Origin: a virus
Taxonomy: Duplodnaviria; Caudoviricetes
Length of the DNA: 60,999 bases
Virus record (IMG/VR): IMGVR_UViG_3300044568_003707
Coordinates: 1-60,999 of that record
Reading direction: 5' to 3' (one strand)
Shown: piece by piece, positions 45,352-55,709 of the stretch
How positions within the stretch are numbered: the first letter of the stretch is position 1
How the letters are laid out: the number at the start of each line of letters is the position of its first letter
Notes under the pieces: generated by a model
The model's database searches: none
The model's input: the letters and a program-made list of their open reading frames with translations, nothing else
Told to the model about the DNA's origin: nothing
Position numbers and translations under genes: made by a program

Positions 45352-45927
45352 ATGAATAATGGTTATATTCCTCAAAAAGACAGAAAGAAAATTATACTAC
45401 TTTGCGATGATTTGCGTATGCATTCGGGTGTGGCCACCGTTGCACGTGAGTTCGTGACGGGATTAGCTGGTAAGTATAATTGGGTTCAAATCGCTGGCTC
45501 TGTTCAACATCCAGAAAAGGGAAAGATAATAAATTTGGACGGTGCAGTAAATAACAGTGCTGGTATCAGCGATGCATATGTTCGTTTATATCCAGTGGAT
45601 GGCTATGGCAATCCCGAAATATTGAACGAAGTCATCAAACTTGAAAAGCCAGATGCATTGATGCATTTTACTGATCCTCGTTTTTGGGGCTGGTTGTATC
45701 AAATGGAACGTGAGCTTCGTCAAAAGATGCCAATCGCATACCTAAATATATGGGATGACGTACCATACCCAATGTATAATAGAGCATTTTATGAATCGTG
45801 CGATTTGCTGATGGCCATCAGCAAGCAGACATATAACATAAATAAATGGGTAATGGGACCGGAAAATTGTCGCACGGTTGACGGAGAATTTCTAAAAGAC
45901 GGCACATTTGTTCAATATAAAAAGTAA
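45352..45927 (+). CDS. Glycosyltransferase family 4, N-terminal part
   Basis: DDLRMHSGVAT; GYGNP; FTDPR; WDD.PYP.YN; AISKQT. Confidence 0.8.
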   Translation: MNNGYIPQKDRKKIILLCDDLRMHSGVATVAREFVTGLAGKYNWVQIAGSVQHPEKGKIINLDGAVNNSAGISDAYVRLYPVDGYGNPEILNEVIKLEKPDALMHFTDPRFWGWLYQMERELRQKMPIAYLNIWDDVPYPMYNRAFYESCDLLMAISKQTYNINKWVMGPENCRTVDGEFLKDGTFVQYKK

Positions 45928-45930
45928 ATT

Positions 45931-45965
45931 ATTCATTTTTATTCATTTTTATTCATTTTTATTCA
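45931..45965 (+). repeat. Tandem 10-mer repeat
   Basis: ATTCATTTTT x3.5. Confidence 0.8.
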
Positions 45966-45986
45966 CATTGTTTCATATTTATTTGT

Positions 45987-46784
45987 ATGAAAAGACGACC
46001 AAAATTTGACGAAGATATTAAAACCGAATTTTTTAAATCATGTCCATCTTGTGGCAAACGTATAAATTATAGAAAAAAATTAACATTATATTGTTCTCAT
46101 AAACAAAATTCTAAATGTAAAAAATGTAGAACTCTGCAAATGGCGGAAAAAATAAAAGGTAGAACTTGGAGTTGGTCGCGAGATGAATCTAAAAAAAAAT
46201 GTGCAGAATCTCACAAAAAATCGGAAGTATGGATCAGTTCTATGAACACTGTGGAATACAAGAATCGTCAAAGTGAAACAAAATCTGGAAAAAATAATTA
46301 TATGTTTGGAAAAAAACATGACGAACTGTCGTTGGAAAAAATAAGAGTTGCTACCAAAAATAGAATGAAAGATCCAAACCAACGAGAAAATCTGAGAAAC
46401 CACAGACTTGGTCAATTGGAAAAATCAAACACCTATCCCGCATATAATAAAACTGCTTGTGAGTTTTTTAACATTCTTAATGAAAAATTAAACATGACTG
46501 GAAAACACGCACTAAACGGAGGAGAGTTGCGTATATGCGGTTACTCGGTTGATTATTACGATACTTCAAAAAATTTAGTAATTGAATGGGATGAAGAAAA
46601 ACACTATAAAGCGGGTAATCTAATTGATAAGGATATAAAACGACAAACTCGAATCATGGAAGAAATAAACTGTAAATTTTACAGAATTCGTCAAAAAACA
46701 AAAAGTGTATCAAAAATTGATACGTTACCTGAAAATTTTACAAATGAAATAGGAGATATTCTAAATGAAAACTATAAAAAGTGA
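45987..46784 (+). CDS. Homing endonuclease (Zn ribbon, NUMOD3, Vsr/DUF559-like)
   Basis: CPSC; NYMFGKKH; HALNGGE; VDYYD; IEWDEEKHY; D..RQ. Confidence 0.8.
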   Translation: MKRRPKFDEDIKTEFFKSCPSCGKRINYRKKLTLYCSHKQNSKCKKCRTLQMAEKIKGRTWSWSRDESKKKCAESHKKSEVWISSMNTVEYKNRQSETKSGKNNYMFGKKHDELSLEKIRVATKNRMKDPNQRENLRNHRLGQLEKSNTYPAYNKTACEFFNILNEKLNMTGKHALNGGELRICGYSVDYYDTSKNLVIEWDEEKHYKAGNLIDKDIKRQTRIMEEINCKFYRIRQKTKSVSKIDTLPENFTNEIGDILNENYKK

Positions 46785-46923
46785 ACGGCGGGTTGTAAAT
46801 ATACCCCATGATGAATTCAATATCATAAAAAAATATTGTCAAGAAAATGCTTTAAATATGCCAAAATGGTTGACAAAACTTGCAATTGATTTCATAATAA
46901 AAGAATCCAAATATACAAAATGA
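46765..46923 (+). CDS. Small ribbon-helix-helix-like protein (52 aa)
   Basis: RRVVNIPHDEFNIIKKYCQENALNMPKWLTKL; overlaps both neighbours. Confidence 0.55.
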   Translation: MKTIKSERRVVNIPHDEFNIIKKYCQENALNMPKWLTKLAIDFIIKESKYTK

Positions 46924-47879
46924 CTAAAACTCTAATACACTATGTGCCACATGGCATCAATACAAAAACGTTCAAGCCATTGACAAGTGAGTCTGAACTA
47001 AAAGAACTGAATGTGGTAAAAAAGCAATTATTCAAGAAAGATTATAACTATGTTATTTTTTATAACAATCGTAACATTCGTCGCAAGCAAACCAGCACAA
47101 TCATGCTTGCTTATAGAAACTTCTGCGATAATTTAACCAAAGAAGAAGCATCCAAATGTGTATTGTTTATGCATACTCCTCCACTGGATGATGCGGGTAC
47201 CGACTTGTTGGCATGTAAGACCGCTTTCTGTCCCGATTATGATGTCGTTTTCAGTACTGACAAGATCATGCCAGATCGTCTAAATCAGTACTATAATATT
47301 TCCGATGTTACAATCAATCTTTCTGATAATGAGGGATTTGGACTTGGAACGGCGGAAAGTATCGCCGCTGGCACACCCATTATCGTAACAGTAACCGGCG
47401 GTTTGCAAGATCAATGTGGATTTACAGATGAAAATGGTAATCCTGTGGAGTTTGATACAAACTGGGGAACCAATGCGGATGGTAGATACAAGAACCACGG
47501 AACTTGGGTTACTCCAATATTTCCCGGTGCAAGAATGGTACAAGGCAGTATTCCAACTCCATATATTCTCGCAGATTATGCTCGTTGGGAAGATGCTGCT
47601 GTAGCAATGATGCACTGGTATGAAGTTGGTCGTGAAAATCGCAAAGATCGTGGTCTCAAAGGTCGTGAATGGCTCATGAGTCCAGAAGGATTGAGTTCCG
47701 ATAGAATGTGTGAAACTATGGCAGTTGGTATCGACAATATGTTGTCAAACTGGAAAGGCAGAGAACGCTTCAACATTCATCGCCAAGATGAATATGTTGG
47801 GCACAACATGCCAAACAAGAGTCTTGGATTCATTCTACCAAAGATTGACAGAACAGAAGCAAAAAATAAATTCAACTAA
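46920..47879 (+). CDS. Glycosyltransferase family 4, C-terminal part
   Basis: YVPHGIN; NRNIRRK; NEGFGL..AES..AGTP; TGGLQDQ. Confidence 0.85.
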   Translation: MTKTLIHYVPHGINTKTFKPLTSESELKELNVVKKQLFKKDYNYVIFYNNRNIRRKQTSTIMLAYRNFCDNLTKEEASKCVLFMHTPPLDDAGTDLLACKTAFCPDYDVVFSTDKIMPDRLNQYYNISDVTINLSDNEGFGLGTAESIAAGTPIIVTVTGGLQDQCGFTDENGNPVEFDTNWGTNADGRYKNHGTWVTPIFPGARMVQGSIPTPYILADYARWEDAAVAMMHWYEVGRENRKDRGLKGREWLMSPEGLSSDRMCETMAVGIDNMLSNWKGRERFNIHRQDEYVGHNMPNKSLGFILPKIDRTEAKNKFN

Positions 47880-47892
47880 ACTAAAAAATATT

Positions 47893-48084
47893 ATGGCTAA
47901 ACCACTAACTAAAGAAGAAGCAAAAGCAAAAGTATACGAGCTAACAAAACAGCTCGCTGAAATCAAGAAGGAGAAGAAGTCTGCAAATGTTGATTTCAAA
48001 GACCGCATCAATGATGTAGAAAATGAAATTGAAGCAATCATTGCTGAACAAGAAGACCAGAATACGGCTGGAACAACTCCGTAA
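47893..48084 (+). CDS. Small coiled-coil protein
   Basis: MAKPLTKEEAKAKV... Confidence 0.65.
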   Translation: MAKPLTKEEAKAKVYELTKQLAEIKKEKKSANVDFKDRINDVENEIEAIIAEQEDQNTAGTTP

Positions 48085-48105
48085 TAATAAAATAAAGGTT
48101 ATATA

Positions 48106-49407
48106 ATGAGTAATGAAATAAAACCTGTATGTGTAATCCAAGGACCAGTAGCATCTCGAAGTGGCTATGGCGATCACATGAGACAAATTTGTGATGCACT
48201 AATCAACAGTAACAAGTTTGATGTAAAGATCATTCCTATGCGTTGGGGTGTATGTCCAAACACCATGCTTGATGATGAAAATGCTCCAATGGTGAAAGAA
48301 ATCAAGAGCAGAATAATCAATCAACTATCAGCACAGCCAGAGTTGTTTATTCAAGTATCTATTCCCAATGAATTCAGACCAATTGGTAAGTATAATATTG
48401 GCGTAACTGCTGGTATTGAAAGTACAATTCCAAAGGCTGAATGGATTGAAGGAATGAACAGAATGAATCTAAACATTGTTCCATCCAACTTCGCCAAAGA
48501 AGGTTTTGTGAAGGCAAATTATACAAAGAAACATGAAAATGGTACAGAAGAAAAGGTTGTACTAAACAAGCCAATCGAAGTTGCGTTTGAGGGTGTTGAT
48601 GTAAATATCTACAAAAAGACAAGCGAACCTTCCGCTGAAATTGACACTGCCATTGATGCCATTGCAGAAGACTTCTGTTATTTGTTTGTTGGTCATTGGC
48701 TACAAGGAGACTTGGGTGCGGATCGTAAAGATGTTGGAATGCTTATAAAAGTATTCAGTGAAGTGTTCAAGAACAAGAAAAAGAAGCCTGCTCTTATTCT
48801 CAAGACCAGTGGTGCAACATTCAGCAAGATGGATAAAACTGACTTGTTGAAGAAAATCAATGAAATCAGAACTCCATTGACTGGAGACTTGCCAAACATT
48901 TATCTTGTGCATGGTGAGTTGGAACCAAAGGAATTGAATAGACTATACAACCATCCAAAAGTCAAAGCACATGTAAGCTTTACTCACGGTGAAGGATTTG
49001 GTCGTCCATTGCTTGAAGCAACACTGAGCGGAAAGCCATTGCTCACCAGTGGTTGGAGCGGTCATGTTGACTTTTTGTCAGCCGATCTTGCAAACCTGTT
49101 GCCCGGCACATTGGTCAATATTCCACCAAGTGCATGCAACGATTGGCTAATCAAAGAAGCACAATGGTTCAATGTAAACTACAGTGTTGCTGCTCAAAAA
49201 CTGGAAGATATTTTTGATAACTATATCAAGTATATTCCAAATGCAGAAAAACTGCGTCAGCAAAACAGCGAAAAGTTCACACTTGAAGCGGGAAATAAAG
49301 TGTTCATGGACATATTGGACAAGAACTTGCCAGTGTTTGAAAAGAAAGTGGCAATCACTCTACCAAAGTTCAAGAAGATAACAGCACCAACACCGGTCGC
49401 AGGATGA
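48106..49407 (+). CDS. Glycosyltransferase family 4
   Basis: SRSGYG; DRKDVG; HGEGFGRPLLEA; WSGHVDF. Confidence 0.88.
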   Translation: MSNEIKPVCVIQGPVASRSGYGDHMRQICDALINSNKFDVKIIPMRWGVCPNTMLDDENAPMVKEIKSRIINQLSAQPELFIQVSIPNEFRPIGKYNIGVTAGIESTIPKAEWIEGMNRMNLNIVPSNFAKEGFVKANYTKKHENGTEEKVVLNKPIEVAFEGVDVNIYKKTSEPSAEIDTAIDAIAEDFCYLFVGHWLQGDLGADRKDVGMLIKVFSEVFKNKKKKPALILKTSGATFSKMDKTDLLKKINEIRTPLTGDLPNIYLVHGELEPKELNRLYNHPKVKAHVSFTHGEGFGRPLLEATLSGKPLLTSGWSGHVDFLSADLANLLPGTLVNIPPSACNDWLIKEAQWFNVNYSVAAQKLEDIFDNYIKYIPNAEKLRQQNSEKFTLEAGNKVFMDILDKNLPVFEKKVAITLPKFKKITAPTPVAG

Positions 49408-50084
49408 AAATCAGTTATTTAGTAACTTGCAAGAATGAGACACTTGAGCTTCTGCAACTGATTGAGAAGCTCAAGACTCATATAGATTTTGTTGCCCCAA
49501 ACGATGAAGTTGTTGTATTGGACGATTTTTCGGATAATGAAGACACCAAGAAAATTCTTGCCAAAGCAAAAAGTTATGGGTTCACTGTTGTTCAACATGC
49601 ACTAAACAAAAATTTTGCTGAACATAAAAATTATGGCAGCAAGCGTTGTGTGGGCGACTTCGTATGTCAAATCGACGCTGATGAATATTTGTTTCCAAAT
49701 CTGTTGAACAATATGCACGAAATCATTGATTCAAATCCAACGGTTGAATTGTATAGAGTTCCAAGAGTCAATATTGTACGAGGTGCCACAGACAATGATG
49801 CCAGAAACTGGGGATGGCATATATCAAAATTACCGGAATTTGGTGACTTGCCTATTATAAATTGGAATTCAGGAGATTATCAATCTCGTATTTATAAAAA
49901 TAGTTTAAGAATACAATGGCACAAGCCATTGCACGAAACAATCATAGGAGCATCTATTGTGGCACATCTTCCAAAAGAAGTTGATTATGCCATTATTCAT
50001 GACAAAACGATTGACAGGCAGAGAGCACAAAATATTAGATATAATACAGAGTGGAGCGAAAAAGAAAATCGTGGGATTGGCTAA
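49404..50084 (+). CDS. Glycosyltransferase family 2
   Basis: TCKNE; LDDFS; IDADE; DYQSR; LHE. Confidence 0.88.
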   Translation: MKISYLVTCKNETLELLQLIEKLKTHIDFVAPNDEVVVLDDFSDNEDTKKILAKAKSYGFTVVQHALNKNFAEHKNYGSKRCVGDFVCQIDADEYLFPNLLNNMHEIIDSNPTVELYRVPRVNIVRGATDNDARNWGWHISKLPEFGDLPIINWNSGDYQSRIYKNSLRIQWHKPLHETIIGASIVAHLPKEVDYAIIHDKTIDRQRAQNIRYNTEWSEKENRGIG

Positions 50085-50125
50085 AATAGTTTATCGTTTG
50101 GTGTTTATCGTTTATATTTATTGAT

Positions 50126-50275
50126 ATGGGCAGAAAATCATTAAATAGAACATATGGGCAGGTTCTTGAAATTAAGAGACAATTGGCTCTTTCTTACTAC
50201 AAGAATAATAGAGATGTTATCAACGAAAAACGCAGAAAGAAATATCAACAATTAAAAATGGAATCGCTGAAATAA
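50126..50275 (+). CDS. Small basic protein (49 aa) upstream of an endonuclease
   Basis: MGRKSLNRTYGQVLEIKRQLALSYYKNNRDVINEKRRKKY; paralogue at 56691. Confidence 0.6.
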   Translation: MGRKSLNRTYGQVLEIKRQLALSYYKNNRDVINEKRRKKYQQLKMESLK

Positions 50276-50276
50276 T

Positions 50277-51257
50277 ATGAACATATGCTCATTTAATTCT
50301 ATCCCCTGTTTTGACGGCGATAAGTTTTGTGGTAACGCTGAAAGAAACGTTGTATATTTGTGGACGTGTTTAGACAATCCATGTTACGTTGGAATAACAA
50401 AAAATCTTATCCATGAAAGAATAAATGATCATTTAACAACGTGTATTCCAAAATTATTCCTGTTTCAAGAAAAATTACGAAATAATCCTGTAAACTTCAA
50501 ATGTTATATTATAGATAAGAATGACGATTATAGCGAATTATTACGACTGGAAACGTTCTACATCAAAAAATATAATACATTGGTTGACACAAACCCCGAG
50601 TGGGGATATAACCTAACCGTAGGTGGGCAGGGAGCAAATGTTTCCGAACAGACAAAGGAAAAAATATCAAAGTCTCGCAAGAAAAGGTTTGAGTCGGTAA
50701 CGGGAGATTTGGAAAGAGAAAAAATGTCAAATACGGCATTGAAGTTTTTTGCAAGTGACCGTGGGAGAGTGGCAAAAGAAAAAATATCCAATGCATCTAA
50801 AGGAAGAAAATTGCCGATTGCTCAGTGTGAACTTATATCACAATCAAAAAAACATTTATTTGCTACTGACGAAGGAGATGAGACTAGAAAAAAATTATCA
50901 ATCGCAAACACCGGAAAAACGCATAGTAAAGAAACACGCATAAAATTATCAATTATAAATACGGGAAAGAAACGTTCAAATGAAACTAAATCTAAAATGT
51001 CAGTCTCCCGATTAGGAAAGAGACTTCCAGACGAATGGAAAACAAATATATCTAATGGAAGAACGGGAATGTCATTTAATGATGATCATAAAAAATCTTT
51101 GTCAACCGCTACAACATTATTCTGGAAAAAGGAAAAAGGAAAATATAAAAACGAAGAAGACTGTCGGGAAGCAATGAGAATTAGGATGACCAAAGTGTCA
51201 GCCGCGCGATGGGGAAACAAAAATTGGTCAATAAAAGCCAATATGGGACAAGGATAA
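50277..51257 (+). CDS. GIY-YIG homing endonuclease with NUMOD3 repeats
   Basis: VVYLW..YVGIT; E..YIKKY; GYNLT.GG; repeated S.ETK.KIS. Confidence 0.85.
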   Translation: MNICSFNSIPCFDGDKFCGNAERNVVYLWTCLDNPCYVGITKNLIHERINDHLTTCIPKLFLFQEKLRNNPVNFKCYIIDKNDDYSELLRLETFYIKKYNTLVDTNPEWGYNLTVGGQGANVSEQTKEKISKSRKKRFESVTGDLEREKMSNTALKFFASDRGRVAKEKISNASKGRKLPIAQCELISQSKKHLFATDEGDETRKKLSIANTGKTHSKETRIKLSIINTGKKRSNETKSKMSVSRLGKRLPDEWKTNISNGRTGMSFNDDHKKSLSTATTLFWKKEKGKYKNEEDCREAMRIRMTKVSAARWGNKNWSIKANMGQG

Positions 51258-52198
51258 TGAAAATTGGACTGCACGCACCAGCAATAGATGACCGTGGCAA
51301 TGGTACTGTAATGTATGATTATGCGCATGCACTGAGAAATGTGTTGGGGTACGAACCCGTAATAATAAGTTCAGCGGCAAAATCCACACACGTAGAATCT
51401 AGATTTTCCGAATTTAAATGTTGTCTATATGAAAATATGTCGGCGGAAATACCGAACATAGTAGACAAAGAAAAGATTGATGTACTTTACATGACTCGTG
51501 CCGGTGGAAATGAATTTTTTCCCACCAACTGTAAAACCGCAATACATTGTGTGTTTAGTATGCAGGAACCGCATGGAACAGTGTATGCAGGAGTGAGCGA
51601 ATGGTTGGCTAAATATTTCAAAAAGGAACTGTGGGTTCCTCATATCATAAATCTACCAAAAACAAATGAAACTCTACATGATGATTTAGGTGTACCTAAA
51701 AGTGCCTTTGTGATTGGTAGAGTGGGCGGTTATAATCAATTCGATGTGAAAGATGCGCAGGTGGCGGTTCAGCGCGCACTCGTCGCCAGAAATGATTTGT
51801 GGGCAATTTTCTTAAATACCAAGCCATTTGTGGAACATCCACGCGCATTATTCATACCATTCAATCCAAGTAATTTATACAAAAGTAAGTTTATCAACAC
51901 ATGCGATGCCATGATACACGCACGTTCGGACGGAGAAACTTTTGGATTGGCGATTGGAGAATTTTCATCATTCAACAAGCCTGTATTCACTTATGATGCA
52001 CCATATTGGTGGTATATGCGAGCACACATTGATATGCTCGGAGACAAGGCTTTGACATATAAAAATAAAGAAGAGCTGCTTTCGTATTTATTACAAATTG
52101 ACAAACAGTATGTCAATGATGTAGACTGGGATTGTTATTCAATCAAATTCTCACCACAGAATGTTATAAACAAATTCGACGCGGTGTATATAAAATAA
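51257..52198 (+). CDS. Glycosyltransferase-like protein
   Basis: RG.GT.MYDYA; IGRVGG; DAMIHARSDGETFGLAIGE. Confidence 0.8.
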   Translation: MKIGLHAPAIDDRGNGTVMYDYAHALRNVLGYEPVIISSAAKSTHVESRFSEFKCCLYENMSAEIPNIVDKEKIDVLYMTRAGGNEFFPTNCKTAIHCVFSMQEPHGTVYAGVSEWLAKYFKKELWVPHIINLPKTNETLHDDLGVPKSAFVIGRVGGYNQFDVKDAQVAVQRALVARNDLWAIFLNTKPFVEHPRALFIPFNPSNLYKSKFINTCDAMIHARSDGETFGLAIGEFSSFNKPVFTYDAPYWWYMRAHIDMLGDKALTYKNKEELLSYLLQIDKQYVNDVDWDCYSIKFSPQNVINKFDAVYIK

Positions 52199-53011
52199 AT
52201 GCCAAATATAATAGAAGCAAAACATGGAAAATTCTTAGTGCTTCCCAACGACTCACTGGGCAAAGCTTTGATTGAAAATCGTGACTTTGAACCTCACTTT
52301 TACAATGTGGTCAAGAATATAGTGAAAGACGGAGACACTTGTTTGGATTGTGGAGCCAATCTTGGATATCATACCGTGACATTGTCAAAGTTAGTTGGGC
52401 GTACTGGAAAAGTAATTTCGTTTGAGCCATTGAGAATAATTTATCAACAATTGAATGGTAATGTGTTTTTGAACGATTTGAGAAATGTATATTGCCTCAA
52501 TGCGGCTGTTGGTAACGAGCGAAAGTTGATTCAGATGGATTATGTGGATGTGGATGCCACGCAAATAAACATTGGAGCAACAAAAGTTGGTGTTGGTGGC
52601 GACGTTGTTGAAATGGTACGGATTGATGACATAATATCAAATGGCGTATCATTCATGAAAGTTGATGTACAAGGTTCCGAATTACTATTGTTGGCTGGTG
52701 CGGAAACTTTGATCAAGAATTCAAGACCAATAATGTTTGTTGAGGTAGAGAATAATTGGTTGCGTTGCTTCAACGAAAGCTCAGAAAGCTTGTTGAACAA
52801 GCTATTGTCTCTGGACTACATTCTGGCCAGAATCAATACCGATTATCCTTGCGATCATGTTGCTATTCCCAGAGAAAAAAAGCACATGCTTGATATCATC
52901 ATGAAAGATGCTGGATATCCAATTGATATCATAGATGGAAAATCCATACAAATACACTTCAACAGACAATCCCACTCCAACATACTTTATGGAAGCTACA
53001 CAGTAAATTAA
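52199..53011 (+). CDS. FkbM-family methyltransferase
   Basis: LDCGANLG; FEP; MKVDVQGSE. Confidence 0.9.
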   Translation: MPNIIEAKHGKFLVLPNDSLGKALIENRDFEPHFYNVVKNIVKDGDTCLDCGANLGYHTVTLSKLVGRTGKVISFEPLRIIYQQLNGNVFLNDLRNVYCLNAAVGNERKLIQMDYVDVDATQINIGATKVGVGGDVVEMVRIDDIISNGVSFMKVDVQGSELLLLAGAETLIKNSRPIMFVEVENNWLRCFNESSESLLNKLLSLDYILARINTDYPCDHVAIPREKKHMLDIIMKDAGYPIDIIDGKSIQIHFNRQSHSNILYGSYTVN

Positions 53012-53013
53012 AT

Positions 53014-53784
53014 ATGAAGAAAATTACTACCATCATAAACTATTGTACGAATGATTATATCTTTTTGAAGTCTTGCATTGACAATGTTCGACCATTTTCA
53101 CATGAAATAATCATACCATACTGCGACCATTTTCATGATGGCACAGAAGAAAACAAGGCACTGCAAGAAAAGTCTGTGCTGGAAAACACAGGTGTTCAAT
53201 TTGTAGAATTTGCTTATGACAGCACCAAGTCTTCGCGTTGGCATTGTAACATTTCTCGTAAAATTGGTATTGAGTTGGCACCAACAGACACAGAGTATTT
53301 TCTTTTTCTGGACACTGATGAAATCGTTGAGTCCAACAAGTTTATTGATTGGGTTAATGAAGAAGAAAAATCGGGTATGCTAGATAGTTATAAAATTGCC
53401 CATTACTGGTATTTCAGAGACTTTAAGTTTCGCAGCCGAACATGGGAAGACAACACGGTGTTTGTGAAGAAGGGTCCAATCACAGAAAATGACGACTTTA
53501 TCTTTCATCAAGAAGAACGCAAAGGAATGTTTTGGTTTGTGCCAATGAATCGTCGCAGGGCAATGACAACATACAATGGTAGTCCATTTGTACATCATTA
53601 CTCATGGGTGCGTTCAAAAGAAGCAATGCTAAAAAAAGTCAGTTGTTGGAGTCACAACAAAGACAAGGACTGGATTTCTTTGGTTCATAAAGAATTTGAG
53701 TTGCCATTCAGAGGAAAAGATGTAATATTTTCAGATAGAGAATATGATATTGTGGAGCCGTATATAAATCTAAAAACAAATTAA
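53014..53784 (+). CDS. Glycosyltransferase family 2-like
   Basis: LFLDTDEI; HHYSWVR. Confidence 0.75.
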   Translation: MKKITTIINYCTNDYIFLKSCIDNVRPFSHEIIIPYCDHFHDGTEENKALQEKSVLENTGVQFVEFAYDSTKSSRWHCNISRKIGIELAPTDTEYFLFLDTDEIVESNKFIDWVNEEEKSGMLDSYKIAHYWYFRDFKFRSRTWEDNTVFVKKGPITENDDFIFHQEERKGMFWFVPMNRRRAMTTYNGSPFVHHYSWVRSKEAMLKKVSCWSHNKDKDWISLVHKEFELPFRGKDVIFSDREYDIVEPYINLKTN

Positions 53785-53787
53785 ACT

Positions 53788-54393
53788 ATGGAGAAAGTGT
53801 ATGTATCATTAGGAGCGGACTGTGGTGGGGCCGGTGCATTGCGAGAGGCTGGCAATAAAACGTTTTCGTTTCCGTTCGATTGGTTGGTGTGCTTTCATTC
53901 TGCACATCTGCCATTTCAACACAACTTTAAGGGATTTTTGGCGGATAGAGTAATGGTGCGATCTCACGAAGTAAATCCAAAGTATGCTATAAAATTTTTC
54001 CACCGAGAACTAATAAAGGACTACGATGTGACTCTGCAAAGAAGAGTTGATAGACTGCTCAAATTTCTCGAAGACTCGGATAAAGAACTGATATTCATCA
54101 GAAGATCGCACGGCGAAGAACATCACATGGAAATGGCAAACTGCGGATGCCTTCCAATGGAAGACATCGACGATGTCAAGGACATCATGTTACTTAAAGA
54201 TATTCTTATTTCAAAGTATCCGAATTTAAAGTTTCGGATAAATTTATTTTTACAGTGCCCTCACTGTAATAAGAATCAACAAGATTTTAACGACGAGCAC
54301 GTCAGCATAAAGGTGTCAACTCAGAAGCATATTAAAGGATTAAACTTGGAGCCTTGGGCCAGAGAGTTCGTCAATTGGGTAAAAACATTATAA
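53788..54393 (+). CDS. DUF1796 papain-like protein
   Basis: SLGADC; LR; SFPFDW; FFH; RRVDRL. Confidence 0.75.
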   Translation: MEKVYVSLGADCGGAGALREAGNKTFSFPFDWLVCFHSAHLPFQHNFKGFLADRVMVRSHEVNPKYAIKFFHRELIKDYDVTLQRRVDRLLKFLEDSDKELIFIRRSHGEEHHMEMANCGCLPMEDIDDVKDIMLLKDILISKYPNLKFRINLFLQCPHCNKNQQDFNDEHVSIKVSTQKHIKGLNLEPWAREFVNWVKTL

Positions 54394-54398
54394 AAATT

Positions 54399-55709
54399 AT
54401 GGAAACAAATTACGCACAAGATATAAAAGAATTCATTGATAAAATGACAAGCAAGTACGGTGTATTACCAAAGTTTGCTCACAACATGGTTGGAAAAGAC
54501 CCAAAGAAAGTATACTACTCCGGTCCATATTTTGATGGCAGTGAAATATCGGCTGCGATTGAAACATTGCTGTTTGGCAAATGGTCTTCTTCTGGTGAAG
54601 TTTGTGCAAAATTTGAGCGTGAATTTGGTAAGCACATCAACACTAAAAATTCATTCTTCTGTAACAGCGGTTCAAGTGCAAACTTGTTGCTCATTGCTGC
54701 ATGCAAAGAATATTTCAAGTGGCAAGATGGCGATGAAGTGATTGTATCCGCTGTAGGATTTCCAACCACGGTATCAGCATTGGTTCAGAATGGACTGGTG
54801 CCAGTGTTTATTGACATTGAATGGGAAACTCTCAACTTTGATTTGTCTGCCATAGAACAAAAGATTACCAGCAAAACAAAAGCAGTATTTTTGAGTCCGG
54901 TTCTTGGGAATCCACCAGATATGGATGAAATGCTTGCGATTGTAAAGAAGCATGATATAAGATTGTTGCTCGACAACTGCGACTCGCTTGGATCAAAATG
55001 GAGAGGAAAATTTCTAAATGAATACTCTATCGCATCCAGTTGTTCTTTTTATCCTGCTCATGAAATCACCACACTGGAAGGTGGTATGGTGTCATCCGAC
55101 ATACAAGAAATCGTTGATTTGGCCAGAAGTTATGGCACATGGGGCAGAGATTGTTATTGTGTTGGAGCAGCCAATCTATTGTGTAATGGTTCGTGTAGCA
55201 AACGATTCTCTAACTGGATTCCGGAGTTTCCCGACCTTATTATTGACCACAAGTATGTGTTCAATCGTATTGGATACAATTTGAAACCATTGGATTTGCA
55301 AGGAGCCATTGGATTGGAGCAGCTAAAGAAACTCAAATTCATTTGCAGCACCAGAAGTAAAAATCAAGCTGCTATTTCAACATTGTTTTTCCAAAATGTG
55401 GATGGTGTGAAGTTTCCCAAAGTGTATGAACATTGTGAATGGGTTCCATTTGGTGTTCCAGTGATTTGTAAAGACAAGCAACAAAAACGTCGTTTGGTTG
55501 ATTTCTTGGAAAAGAATGGAATACAAACACGAAACTATTTTGCTGGCAATCTACTCATGCATCGTGGATACAAACATTTGGGCAATTACTTGGATTATCC
55601 AGAGTCAAACAAAGTGTTGGACCTTGTGTTCTTTGTGGGATGTGCTCCAACAATCAGCAAAGAAAACCTTCAATATATCGAAGAGGTTCTAAAAACATGG
55701 GTAAATTAA
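54399..55709 (+). CDS. rfbH: RfbH/DdhC-like CDP-4-keto-6-deoxyglucose 3-dehydrase (DegT family)
   Basis: NSGSSANLL; FPTT; DNCDSLG; SFYPAH (His at the Lys site); WGRDCYC; DHKY; GYNLK; TRNYFAGN. Confidence 0.85.
   Translation: METNYAQDIKEFIDKMTSKYGVLPKFAHNMVGKDPKKVYYSGPYFDGSEISAAIETLLFGKWSSSGEVCAKFEREFGKHINTKNSFFCNSGSSANLLLIAACKEYFKWQDGDEVIVSAVGFPTTVSALVQNGLVPVFIDIEWETLNFDLSAIEQKITSKTKAVFLSPVLGNPPDMDEMLAIVKKHDIRLLLDNCDSLGSKWRGKFLNEYSIASSCSFYPAHEITTLEGGMVSSDIQEIVDLARSYGTWGRDCYCVGAANLLCNGSCSKRFSNWIPEFPDLIIDHKYVFNRIGYNLKPLDLQGAIGLEQLKKLKFICSTRSKNQAAISTLFFQNVDGVKFPKVYEHCEWVPFGVPVICKDKQQKRRLVDFLEKNGIQTRNYFAGNLLMHRGYKHLGNYLDYPESNKVLDLVFFVGCAPTISKENLQYIEEVLKTWVN

Noticed and set aside
45928-46919. 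Group I intron in the glycosyltransferase
   Set aside because: Almost all of the interval is coding; no recognisable intron core, and the 3' half has its own ATG.
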